From positions 105,829,459 through 105,893,458 of the forward strand of contig NC_068987.1 of assembly GCF_001194135.2 (NCBI RefSeq): a stretch of 64,000 nt of DNA, in the 5' to 3' direction. Source of the stretch: Octopus bimaculoides (lineage: Eukaryota). The notes beneath the pieces are model-generated. The model made no database searches. It worked only from the letters and a program-made list of their open reading frames with translations, and was not told where the DNA came from. The translations under genes were made by a program, and so were the position numbers. Positions 63,991 through 64,000 of the stretch are shown here, in pieces (the first letter of the stretch is position 1; the number at the start of each line of letters is the position of its first letter).

Positions 63991-64000
63991 TAAATAAATA

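Overview
AT-rich eukaryotic DNA, saturated with microsatellites, with 22 assembly gaps (about 7.5 kb of N), most of them bordered by simple repeats. The repeat content (tRNA-headed SINEs, DD37D maT transposons, Penelope-like elements, RTE and CR1 LINE relics) fits an octopus genome, but this is inference from family style, not a database match. I could not identify any complete protein-coding gene, tRNA, rRNA or CRISPR array, and nearly all ORFs in the track are artefacts of microsatellites or N-runs. Well supported: two maT copies, a hAT MITE with an exact 8-bp TSD, CR1 and RTE fragments, several Penelope-like relics, and about 20 SINE copies from 3-4 families. Several short segments with plausible splice sites may be exons of unidentified host genes on either strand (low confidence). 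The most interesting signal is a Penelope terminal-repeat family whose 3' ends abut (TA)n. It carries a minimal hammerhead-ribozyme fold with the same non-canonical core change (A6U) in all three copies, two of which sit tail-to-tail as a ~340-nt palindrome. All coordinates and translations were read by eye; repeat boundaries are approximate.
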